The notes beneath the pieces were generated by a model that made no database searches, was not told the origin of the DNA, and saw only the letters and a program-made list of their open reading frames with translations. Shown in pieces: positions 1 through 9,999 of a DNA stretch of 64,000 nt. How positions within the stretch are numbered: the stretch's first letter is position 1; every line of letters starts with the position of its first letter. Source of the DNA: Setoptus koraiensis (lineage: Eukaryota > Animalia > Arthropoda); contig CM106585.1 of assembly GCA_048013815.1 (NCBI GenBank), positions 1,302,001 to 1,366,000 on the forward strand. The letters run 5' to 3'. A program made the translations under genes and the position numbers.

Positions 1-2360
1 GATTGTTGTTATTGATGGTCAGCCAGTAGTGGCGGCCACAAGAGCCACCAATGGTATGGTTTATGTGGTGAACAAATTTGTCAACATTACAAACCAATCA
101 CCTACAGTGATTGAGCTAATTAATCAAAGCAGAAACCTTTCTACTTTTAGCTCATATTTGCGACTATCTGGTTTCGATTCAGAACTCAAAAAAGGTGAGC
201 TGTGCTTCTTTATGCCAAACCGGCGCATATTAGTTGGATTTTAATTTTAAATATTAGCCAATATCTAACGACATCGCCCTGCTTTGCTAACTTGATACAA
301 ATTTAGATTCTGGACCGATAACAATATTGGCGCCCACTAATGATGCCTTTGATCAGCTATCTGACAAAGGCAAAGCATTGCTCAACTCGGACCCAGCTGC
401 TCTCCTTGGTAAGCTACTCTTTAGATGCAGATGATGAGTCAATAAACTGAGTCCTTCAATAATGCTAATCAATTACAATAATCAAACGATCTTGTCAACG
501 AAATAAATTTCAGATATCATAAAAGGACATATCGTTGATGGAGCTCAATTTGGTAAACTGATATCAATGAGAGTCCGATTGCCAACTCTAAACGCGGGCC
601 AATTTGTCACAGCCAAGAACATCAAACGTAAGTTGTTTTTTATTTTTACCTCATTCTCCCTCCATAATTACACTGTTTGTTGTGATCGAAATTTATTAAT
701 ATGCAAACCAAATAACCAAATATCGCTCTGTCATCGCTCTCACTAGCAAACGTTTATCTACTGGATGAACAAATGACAACCATCAAGTTGGTAGGTTCAT
801 CTGGAAATGGTGTTGTGAATTCCATTGATCGTATCATAGTTCCACGATGGCTGAGAAATTCATTCGAGTCATTGTCAAATAGAAATAATAGTTCATTTGT
901 TGGAGATCGCGAAATTGAAAACATTGACTCCAGTAGGATAGGTAGATTTGAGTCGGGTATCAATCAATTCAATCAGCCCATAATAAGAGAGCCCAGTGCC
1001 ATAGATACCATTACTAGTAGCATTAATACATCGGATGGTTTCGAGTCGACATCTAACACTTTTGGAAACAATACCAATCAAGGTGTCAGAGATACACCGA
1101 ACACAACGACGAGTATGTTTAGTGGGGCTGCTACACTTTCTGATGGGCTAGACATATTTGTCATGACAAATAATAATAGATCGAGCAACAATAACAATCG
1201 AACTAGTACCATCAGACATCCTTTGGACGCAACAACAACAACAACTAGCTGGAACAATAATTCAATGTCTAAAAATATGAGATTAATTGAAGAATTGTCA
1301 TCTATGATGTCGGCAAACAAATTTGTAAAATTGTTGCATAAGGCTAATTCGGCAAAATTTCTAAAACAAGCAACAAACTATGTTATATTGGTGCCCACTG
1401 ATCAGGCTATCGATAAATTGCCAAAACAAATAATACAGATGCTGGAAAGGAATAATCAAAAATTAGAGGATCTAGTCAACTATCACATTCTTGAAACAAC
1501 ATTTGAATATATAAATATGATACCAGATGGTCAGACATTGAATACAATCAATGATAAAGATATTGTTTTCAATTGGTATAGGAACAACACAATACTTACT
1601 GCTTCCGGTTCTGTTGTGTTGAGCGGTGTACAAGAGGATAATATAGCTTTGCTTTTAGTAGATCGTGTACTATATCCAACTCCTGGCGATATAATGGACA
1701 TAATATCCAAATCGCCAATACTAAGCAACTTAACTAGAATAGTACGAAATACGGGCCTAGAACAACAATTATCCAAATCTGGCCCATTTACATTATTTGC
1801 ACCGTCAGATTATGCATTTAGCAAATTATCGGCCAACGACAGAGAGTTCCTTAATCGCGACACTGATGTAGCTAGAAGTAAGTTTTATCTCTTCGATTGA
1901 TATTGTTATAATTGTTTGAACATAACATTTGCTAAATAACTAAACTAACTGCTGCTCTCATTTCGCTATATTTCGTCGACTATTTCAAGGATTTTTGTTG
2001 AAGCATCTGAGCCAGCCGACAGTGTTTACATCTGCGATAGCTTTAAGCAATGTAACCACAATAATTCAGGGAGGCCAGTCAGTCCCGAGATTGAGTATAA
2101 CAAATTCGCTGGGCGATGAATTATTGTTACGCCAAATGAACGGTATGTCCTACTGACTTATATAAAACTCAATCATCAATTATATCGTACATGAATTCTG
2201 CTCATGGTCTCATTCAAATACTAAGACACTATAACTGTATTTTTCATCTCAATATTCTTCTGTCACCACAGACTATTTCTCTGTCAACGATGTCAACTTT
2301 TCATACTCTGATGTCGCGGCGACCAATGGAGTGATTCATGTGATTGATGGAACCTTATAG
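1..2360 (+). CDS. Fasciclin (FAS1) domain protein, TGFBI/periostin/midline-fasciclin-like; 5'-partial multi-exon copy
   Basis: GT-AG exons <1-194, 307-408, 514-627, 747-1877, 1990-2142, 2272-2360 splice in frame. They give FAS1 H1 motifs (TILAPTNDAF, VILVPTDQAI, FTLFAPSDYAF) and H2 motifs (ATNGMVYVVN, ATNGVIHVID), ending at TAG 2358-2360. Track ORF 773-1900 is an internal exon. Confidence 0.9.
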
Positions 2361-2639
2361 ATACTGTCATAATCGGCACACTCTATTATCCAGCAAGATA
2401 AATGTTGTAAATGTATAATTATTGTTATATGTTTGATTGTTATTCGATCAATTATGTAACTATTTTGTTTTATTCTTTGTAGTATAGTAGCCCATTCATC
2501 CAGCAACAAAATAATAAACCTCGTTTATGTACAGATATCAAGCAACCAAGAATTGATTTCATTATCAATAGATGTTAATTTATGCAGAAATTGCGAAAGA
2601 TAGTCTTGTTGAAACAGTTTTGGATCGAAAGCCATGAAG
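1..2639. repeat. Inverted near-identical duplicate of 26563-29201
   Basis: Position i matches the complement of 29202-i at both ends (no net indel), with only scattered substitutions in exons, introns and 3' UTR. Confidence 0.95.
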
Positions 2640-2959
2640 GCTCTCGGCGTTTGAATAGAAAACCCTGCTTGTTAGATGGGATTTCATTGTGAAGCAAAGC
2701 AACGAAACATTCCACACTCCACATTGACTATTCGGATATTCGATAAAATTTGGCGTTTTGACGGGACCAGCCAGAACCTTGGCCCGGCCTGTTGTGAGCC
2801 AGGTTGACGAAACATAAGGTTAGACGCATCGCAACAGATTGTGAAATCTTTCATCTGCGACAGTTTAACCTCTGGAAACACGAAAAAAATCCAGAGCGAC
2901 ATCTGTTGGCTGGATGCAAGGTATTTACGATTTGAAAATGCATGGGGGACATTCTTGTG

Positions 2960-3060
2960 TCGAATTGACTCACATTGAAACAACAGCGTGTGCTAGCATT
3001 TGTAACAACGGACTAATGAGATAGTTATCGAGTATACCTTTGTCAATCATCTCACTCATA
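2960..3060 (+). repeat. Conserved block upstream of ankyrin gene, paralogous to ~8160-8255
   Basis: Both loci share cattgaaacaacagcgtg...ggactaat.agat.gttatcgagtatacctttgtc. Confidence 0.8.
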
Positions 3061-3277
3061 ACGTTGCATTATATCAACAGTAGCGAAGACCATAGTAACT
3101 TTCAACTAGGCTCACATTCAGTGTTATCATAGTCATTGTAAATATTTCCTTTGAAATCCGTGTCATTATTGTGAGCTATCTTGCACCTACCAGCACAGGT
3201 AGAGTGATACAAAGGTACATATTCATCCAGGATTATCAACCTCTCCATGACGAATAATAATTGGAGATAACAACGCT

Positions 3278-4141
3278 ATGGAACAAACCAACGACAAAAA
3301 TGGAGATCAACTTGTACGAGTAGCGATGGCTGGCCAAATGGAGAAGGTTAAGTTCTACCTTGAAGAGGAAAATATTGATGTGGATTATACCGATAAACAT
3401 GGCGATACAGCACTGGACGGCGCTTCACTCGCTGGGCAAGTTGACACTGTCAATTACTTGATATCAAAGGGGGCTAATGTTAATGTTCGTTCGCTAGAAA
3501 AAGCAATCAGGGGTGGATCTGTTGAGATTGCAGAAATTCTCATTCAAAATGGGGCTGATCTTACAGAAAGCAGTAGAGCATCTCTGAATCTAGCTATAGA
3601 ATCTAATAGCCCTGGAATGATTAGTTTTGTTATGTCTAAGGGTTTCGACATAAACCAAAACGATCATAAGGGCATGACTCCCTTGGCATATGCCATGCAC
3701 ATGGCACGTTATGAAAGCATTAAGTTTTTGTTAGAGATTGGCGCAGACTATAAGAAGACTTCCTCGTACTACTTCGGAACGAGTTATGGGTTTTTACCTG
3801 TTCATCTTGGAGTTCACGGTTACTATGAAAGAGAAGCCATGAGATGTCTAGAGCTACTACTTAGGCATGTGGAGGAGAAGGAACGAAGACAGGGAATGAT
3901 TGACTATATAGATAACAATGATAATTCTAGGGGTGATACTGTTTTGCATCAAGCTTGCTCCTTTAAAAACTATGATGCGGTGAAGCTGCTGCTACAATGT
4001 GGTGCCGACCCACATATAAGAAATAGGGCGGGTAGAAAACCTCACCATTCTATTGAGTTCTCGAGATTATCGCTTCGTGATGAAGAGAGTGACTTTATGA
4101 GAACATTGTTCGAATCTGAAGGACACCATGCTCCATCGTAG
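3278..4141 (+). CDS. Ankyrin repeat protein, 287 aa, intronless
   Basis: ATG to TAG ORF with ANK motifs: GDTALDGASLAGQVDTVNYLISKGANVN, GMTPLAYAMHMARYESIKFLLEIGAD, GDTVLHQACSFKNYDAVKLLLQCGADPHIRN. Confidence 0.9.
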   Translation: MEQTNDKNGDQLVRVAMAGQMEKVKFYLEEENIDVDYTDKHGDTALDGASLAGQVDTVNYLISKGANVNVRSLEKAIRGGSVEIAEILIQNGADLTESSRASLNLAIESNSPGMISFVMSKGFDINQNDHKGMTPLAYAMHMARYESIKFLLEIGADYKKTSSYYFGTSYGFLPVHLGVHGYYEREAMRCLELLLRHVEEKERRQGMIDYIDNNDNSRGDTVLHQACSFKNYDAVKLLLQCGADPHIRNRAGRKPHHSIEFSRLSLRDEESDFMRTLFESEGHHAPS

Positions 4142-4246
4142 ATGCCGTATAGCATGCATTCACTGGTCAATCTGAGTTATTATTATTCTATTAAATTTAT
4201 TATATCCCTGACTTATGAGCCTACACAAACTGAGATATTTTCATCC

Positions 4247-4746
4247 NNNNNNNNNNNNNNNNNNNNNNNNNNNNNNNNNNNNNNNNNNNNNNNNNNNNNN
4301 NNNNNNNNNNNNNNNNNNNNNNNNNNNNNNNNNNNNNNNNNNNNNNNNNNNNNNNNNNNNNNNNNNNNNNNNNNNNNNNNNNNNNNNNNNNNNNNNNNNN
4401 NNNNNNNNNNNNNNNNNNNNNNNNNNNNNNNNNNNNNNNNNNNNNNNNNNNNNNNNNNNNNNNNNNNNNNNNNNNNNNNNNNNNNNNNNNNNNNNNNNNN
4501 NNNNNNNNNNNNNNNNNNNNNNNNNNNNNNNNNNNNNNNNNNNNNNNNNNNNNNNNNNNNNNNNNNNNNNNNNNNNNNNNNNNNNNNNNNNNNNNNNNNN
4601 NNNNNNNNNNNNNNNNNNNNNNNNNNNNNNNNNNNNNNNNNNNNNNNNNNNNNNNNNNNNNNNNNNNNNNNNNNNNNNNNNNNNNNNNNNNNNNNNNNNN
4701 NNNNNNNNNNNNNNNNNNNNNNNNNNNNNNNNNNNNNNNNNNNNNN
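4247..4746. other. Assembly gap (500 N)
   Basis: Run of exactly 500 N; the fixed size indicates a scaffolding placeholder. Confidence 1.
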
Positions 4747-5806
4747 TCTGATAAGATTACTCTGATCTTTGTAAGGTGTTATCACTCCAATGTCGTTCTT
4801 ATGAATACCCCGTGAAAGCAGAATATCAATCGTGGCTATAACGATTTCGACTTCGCCCTCGTTGATCCACGATGTCGATCGGGTTCTTGGGCTCTCATCT
4901 GAAGTGTGGCAATGAAAATAGATGGGCCTGTCGGGATTGGGGAACGGGCACATATCCTTGTTACCTATCCACTTTCTATCGCTCGCTTGAATACCGTTCC
5001 TAATCCTTCCTCCATTGAAGTGTTTGTTGGGAAATTTCGCTATCTCCGGGTGCATGCGGTACTGAACATTCAACAAGTTCGGCTCGAAACCAACATCTTT
5101 GAGTTTGCTATAAAAACTTTCTTTCATATAGGGTAGAAATTGATTGTCGTCGCCCACAAGTACAAACCTTCTAGGTCGATATTCCAGCAGTTTAAGAGCG
5201 TCTGGAACGCTGAATCGGCTGCAGTCATCAACAATCACAGAATCGAAGATACAAGGCAGACTGTATATTGACAATGAAAGAATATCATCGCAAGTACAAC
5301 AAATAACATCCGATTTGTCAAGAATTTCTCGCTCGCGAACACTCAGCTTATTCCGCAATACATGCAAGAGCCTATTAAAGTTATGTGACTGATATTTCTC
5401 CTCTTGTTTCTTCATGAACCGGTCGAGCAGCCATTCAGGACCGATTCTAACAACTCTGAGTTCGCCAGATTCGTGAATCTTTTCTGCTATATTATCGACG
5501 GTCTTGTTGTCTGCCGCACAAATAAGTATCTTGGATCTCCTAGAGAGTCTCGTCTGGAATAGTTTCAAGGCCAATAAGGTAGCAGTCACTGTCTTTCCCG
5601 TGCCCGTTGGTCCCATAATCAGACTGATTCTATTAGACAATGAATTGTTGATTGCATCCATTTGACATCTATCAAGCCGAATAAAATCACCAGCTAACGT
5701 CGTCACGTCTATTGCTACAGATTTCAGCAGGTTTTTCCTTTGTAAGTTCAGATAAACATTTTTTTTCTGAAGGAAGACTGAACGAAGCAAGTTGTCAGAC
5801 AAAATT
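4747..5806 (-). CDS. UPF1-like (SF1B) helicase core, 3' end lost in gap; probable downstream exon of the F-box gene
   Basis: Q-motif-like LDRCQMDAI, Walker A LIMGPTGTGKT, Ia ICAADNKTVDNI, II variant IVDDCS, III LVGDDNQ, IV LNVQYRMHPEIAKFPNKHF, then WINEGEVEIV and IGVITPYKDQ. No introns in this part. Confidence 0.85.
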
Positions 5807-6596
5807 CTTTGATGCCAAGAAAGAAAAAAGAAGCAATATAAAAAAGAAAAAAAAAATAGCGGAAAAAAAAAAGAAAATATAAAAAGGAATGAAAAAGAGA
5901 TAGGACCAAAAAAAGCAAGGGAAAAAAAAGAAAAAAAAGAACAAAAAAAAAAAAATAAAAAATAATGAAAAAAAAAAATAAGTAGGAAAAGAAAAAAAAA
6001 ATAGAAAAAAAAAAAAAAAGGGAAAAAAAAAAAAAAAAAAGAAAAGAAAAAAAAAAAAAAGAAAAAAAAAAATAAAAAAAAAAAAATAAAGAAAAAAAAT
6101 AAAGAAAATAATGAAAAAATAAAGAAAAAAAAGATAAGAACAAAAAAAAAAATAAAAAGAAAAAAGAAAAAAGAAAAAAAGCAAAAAAAAAAAAAAAATA
6201 ATAAAAAAGAAGTAAACAAAAAGCGGAAAGATAAGAAAATAAAAGATATAAAAAAAAAAAAGAAAAAAAAAGAAAAAAGGAAAAAAAAAAGAAAAAATAA
6301 AAAAAAAAAAAAAAAAGAAAAAGAATAAAGAAAAATAAAAAAAGAAAAGTAAAGCGAAAAAAAAGACGAAAAAAAGAAAAAAAATAAAAAGAATAAAAAA
6401 AGGCACAACCAAAAAAAGCAAAAGAAGAAACAAAAAAATAAAAAAAAAAAAAAAAAAAAGAAAAAAGAAAAAAAAAAAAAAAGAAAAAAAAAAAAATAAT
6501 GAAAAAAATAAAGAAAAGAAGGAAAAGAAAAAAAAAAATGAAGTAGAATAAAAAAAAAAAAGAAGAAAAAAAAAGAAAAAGAACAAAGAAAAAAAC
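5807..6596. repeat. A-rich low-complexity tract (T-rich on the coding strand); possible GT-AG intron or assembly artefact
   Basis: About 790 bp of degenerate poly(A) interrupted by single g/t/c. On the minus strand it starts GT (6596-6595) and ends with a polypyrimidine run then CAAAG (AG at 5808-5807). Confidence 0.85.
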
Positions 6597-7678
6597 ACGT
6601 TTTCTTTCCTCTTGTGCTTCTCTATAAGTGCAATATTAGTTAATTTGAACAAGCCTTTCATTGGCATATGTTCGAGCCTTTCGCAGAACCACCTTTTCCT
6701 AACATCCAACTGAATGAAACTCTTGACTTTGACATTAATGTACCCCCCTGAAAGAGAACCGGAGCGACTTGGTGCAACAAGCAGATGGTTTCTAGGGTAA
6801 GGGCTGATATTAACATCATGGAGCCATCCTTTTGCTGACCATATCCTTTCATCTAGTCTATTGAATTCAGACAATTCCAGATCGGTATGGCAATCGATAT
6901 CGTGGAGAAAATATCGACCGACTGCATCCAATTCTATTTTCGCAATCCAGTATTCATCACCTCTACTGTCGTAACAGCCCTCACTCCATTGTATTTCTGT
7001 GAAATCTTGCTCGCAGTATCTGAGTTCTTCTTCTAACGAGTGAGCATAAAACGGGATCTCATTCGCTAACAGAGCCTTTTCTTTCTTATATAAATCACCG
7101 CTAGCTGTCAAACTGAGAATCGAAAAATTCTGACCAATGTCAGATAAATGAGTGTATCTCCAATCAATAATAATTAATAAATTAGGCCAGCGACTCTTGA
7201 TGGTCTCGAGCTCCTCTTCATCATCTAATCTATTGTTTGCTATTATTAAAGTTGTCATTCTATTACATTTTTCCAATATTGATATGAGCTCAGATGGAGC
7301 TATCGACACCCCGGACACGTTCAAGATTTCCAATTCTGGACAATTGTCAGTTATTATGGAATGAGCGTTGTGTCCGATCCCCATGAGCGCACTCTCGTTT
7401 CTCCATTCATTTGTTAATTTAAGCGACTTGAGTTTTGACGCACTGGTCAGGATAGGTTCAAGAGTTTCAAGGTAGATAGAGTTTGCTTTGCAATCATCGA
7501 GAGATAAATTTTCAATTGTCTGATGTAATTGATACGATTCCAGTACCACACTCATTAATCGGTCCGACAACAGGCACAAATGATAGCGATCGTTGTGATC
7601 TCTGAGATGGTTGAGTATCATGAGCAAAACTTCGGCGGGCAACAGGTCAAGCCAGCACGCCGGTTCCTCTAACGCCAT
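6597..7678 (-). CDS. F-box + leucine-rich-repeat protein whose C-terminal half resembles the UPF1 stalk/1B region
   Basis: ATG 7678. F-box WLDLLPAEVLLMILNHL; LRR-like IENLSL, LKSLKL, CPELEILNVSG, CNRMTTLIIANN; then EIQWSEG...WIAKIEL...IWSAKGWLHDV, which aligns by eye with UPF1 VRWDLG...RIAYFTL...LWKGIGHVIKV. Confidence 0.75.
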
Positions 7679-8616
7679 AGTGTTTGCTGGCAAGTCTCTG
7701 TGAGCCAGAGGAAGAAGGTCAACAATGATTCATCCAAAATTTGAGTATTGAAGGTATGGCGAAATTGTGTTGTGGTGGGAAACAATGCAGATACTGAAAA
7801 TAACAATCGTTCCACTATAGAATACTGATGGGGATGATTTGGTTTTTTATCAGATTTTGTTGGTGCCGTCACTATGTGGGTAAAGTTCCATATACTAAAG
7901 CTCGAACAGGATACAGTCTATGAATAGACTGTATCCGTTGAAAAACAGCTGTTAGAATGACTGTTGACAACAGTATTAGCTACGCGTGAGTCTTTCGGTG
8001 TCTCATTGGCAAAATCCACAATGGCAGTTGACATCGAAACTGTCAGGACGCAAATGTGCGTAAAAATTTTTGCGGATTTGGAAATCTGCTGTGCAATATG
8101 CAATCTGTCCCAACACTAATGGGGGGCCATCCTAGTGTCGAAATGGTTGACGTCGTTCTCCTGTCGACATTGAAACAACAGCGTGTTCTAGCCTTCAAAA
8201 CACACTGGACTAATAAGATTGTTATCGAGTATACCTTTGTCGAGCATTAACTCACACATGTAACATCGAACAATAGCGTATAATAACAACGATAACGGAG
8301 ACAACTGCTACTTTTATTTTCGTTATCATTTCGCTATTGTAGTCATTATAAATATTCTTATTGACATCTGAATATTGATCTGAGTGAGTATTATTCCGCA
8401 CAGCTATCATCAGAAGCCAATATCTGGCACCATTACACTAGCCAGTGCCTGTTATTTAATTCGTCGAATCTACTATAACCACTAAATATTACATCAATAT
8501 ATACATTAGATATAAGATTTGGGGGAGCACAGAAGCAATTTTGCGGCATACGTCTGGTCTTGGATGTTCAGCTGTAAATTCTGGTACAACCATAGATGAA
8601 GTGATACAAGCTCACA

Positions 8617-9489
8617 ATGTCCAGTGGTGAGTTCCGCAGTCAGCTATTGTCGGCTGCAGTTCGTGGCCCACTAAGAAAGGTTAAGTTTTATATTGAAGAA
8701 GCAAGCATTGATGTGAATTATGTTGAGGATGGTAGCCTCACAGCACTGTCCATTGCTTCTTCTCGCGGACATGTTGATATTGTTAACTACTTGATATCAA
8801 AGGGAGCTAATATTGATTCTTGTCCGCTAGCAAGAGCGGTTGAAAAAGGACATGTGGAGATTGCAAAAATCCTCATCCAAAAAGGAGCTAAAACAGATTG
8901 TAAAGAAAAAGGTATCAATCTTATGAATCTAGCTACATACTCTAATAACCCTGAAATGATTAATTTTGTCATGTCTGTTTGTTTGGACATTGACCAATAC
9001 AACGATCTTGGTGAAACACCCCTGTCACATGCCATGATGTTTAGATGTTAGGAGAGCGTTAAGTTTTTGCTAGAGAACGGCGCCGACTATAAGAAGACTT
9101 CCTCGGACATATAGCGCAGGCATTATGGGTTTTTACCTTTTAATCACCCTCGTTATTACTTAGTAAGAGAAAGCTTGAGATGTCTAGAGCTACTACTAAA
9201 GCATGTGGAGGCAAAGGAAGGAAGACGAGGAATGATTGACTATATAAATAACAATGACAATCATTGGGGGACTACTGCTTTGCATACTGCCTGTGCAATC
9301 GGATGCTACCATGTGGTCAAGCTGTTGCTAGAATGTGGCGCTGACCCAAATATAAGAGATAAGAAGGGTCGCAAAGCTTACCATCTCATCGTAAGTTGGT
9401 GTCATATTAATGGAAGACGTATTGACGATCGCAAGCATATACAGAAATTGTTCGGAAAATTATTCGCCGACCGAGCCAGATTTTCGTGA
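8617..9489 (+). pseudogene. Ankyrin repeat pseudogene, paralogue of 3278-4141
   Basis: Colinear with the 287-aa gene (KVKFYIEE, YLISKGAN, RCLELLLKHVE, MIDYI.NND, KLLLECGADP). One reading frame with two premature TAG stops (9049-9051, where the paralogue has TAT, and 9112-9114). Confidence 0.85.
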
Positions 9490-9565
9490 AACTTTAGTTG
9501 TAGCCCCGGAAGGGCCCCATAGAAAATTTCCGATAGTCCGGTGGGGGGGGAGAGGTGGCAAGTGT

Positions 9566-9860
9566 CTACTTCTGGTTTACTGACATTCTTTCCAAAGCTT
9601 GCCTCAATCTTTCAAACCTTGTGAATGACGCTCTTTCTCGCTGTTGTTTCACTGCATCTCTAAGTGCATACATTATTGGCGACACTGAAGAGAAGATCTG
9701 ACAATTTTCATCTCTCATAGTGATGAATAATTGTATCTCTAGCATTTGATTGCGCATGCATGAACAACTGTACGACCATAAAGTACTCCTTATACGAAAT
9801 GTCCTTTCAAAATACTGCAGCAAGTGTACGAAAATAAAATGTACGTCGTTGATCAATTGT
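9566..9860 (-). mobile_element. Possible degenerate Mutator-like transposase C-terminal fragment
   Basis: LLQYFERTF...LWS...SPIMYALRDAVKQQ loosely resembles the YFxxTW...WS...P C-terminal pattern of MULE transposases. No catalytic motifs seen. Confidence 0.3.
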
Positions 9861-9999
9861 ATCCCGTCATGAGGCAGCATAAAATAAATATATTTAGTTA
9901 GTTGTGGCCGGTGTAGGATGATTAAATTGATGACTGAACCAACTGGGGAGTGTTGATTTTGAACGAGCAATTTGGCAATACGAGCCATTAATCGATTCG

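Noticed and set aside
4213-6408. 731-aa and other poly-Phe/poly-Lys ORFs, including the Phe-rich tail of 5795-7693
   Set aside because: Phe-rich translation comes from the A-rich tract and the X run from the gap; only the flanking helicase and F-box parts are credible.
5807-6596. Poly(A) tail of a retrocopied F-box or helicase gene
   Set aside because: Both coding parts are on the minus strand, where the tract reads poly(T), and it lies mid-gene.
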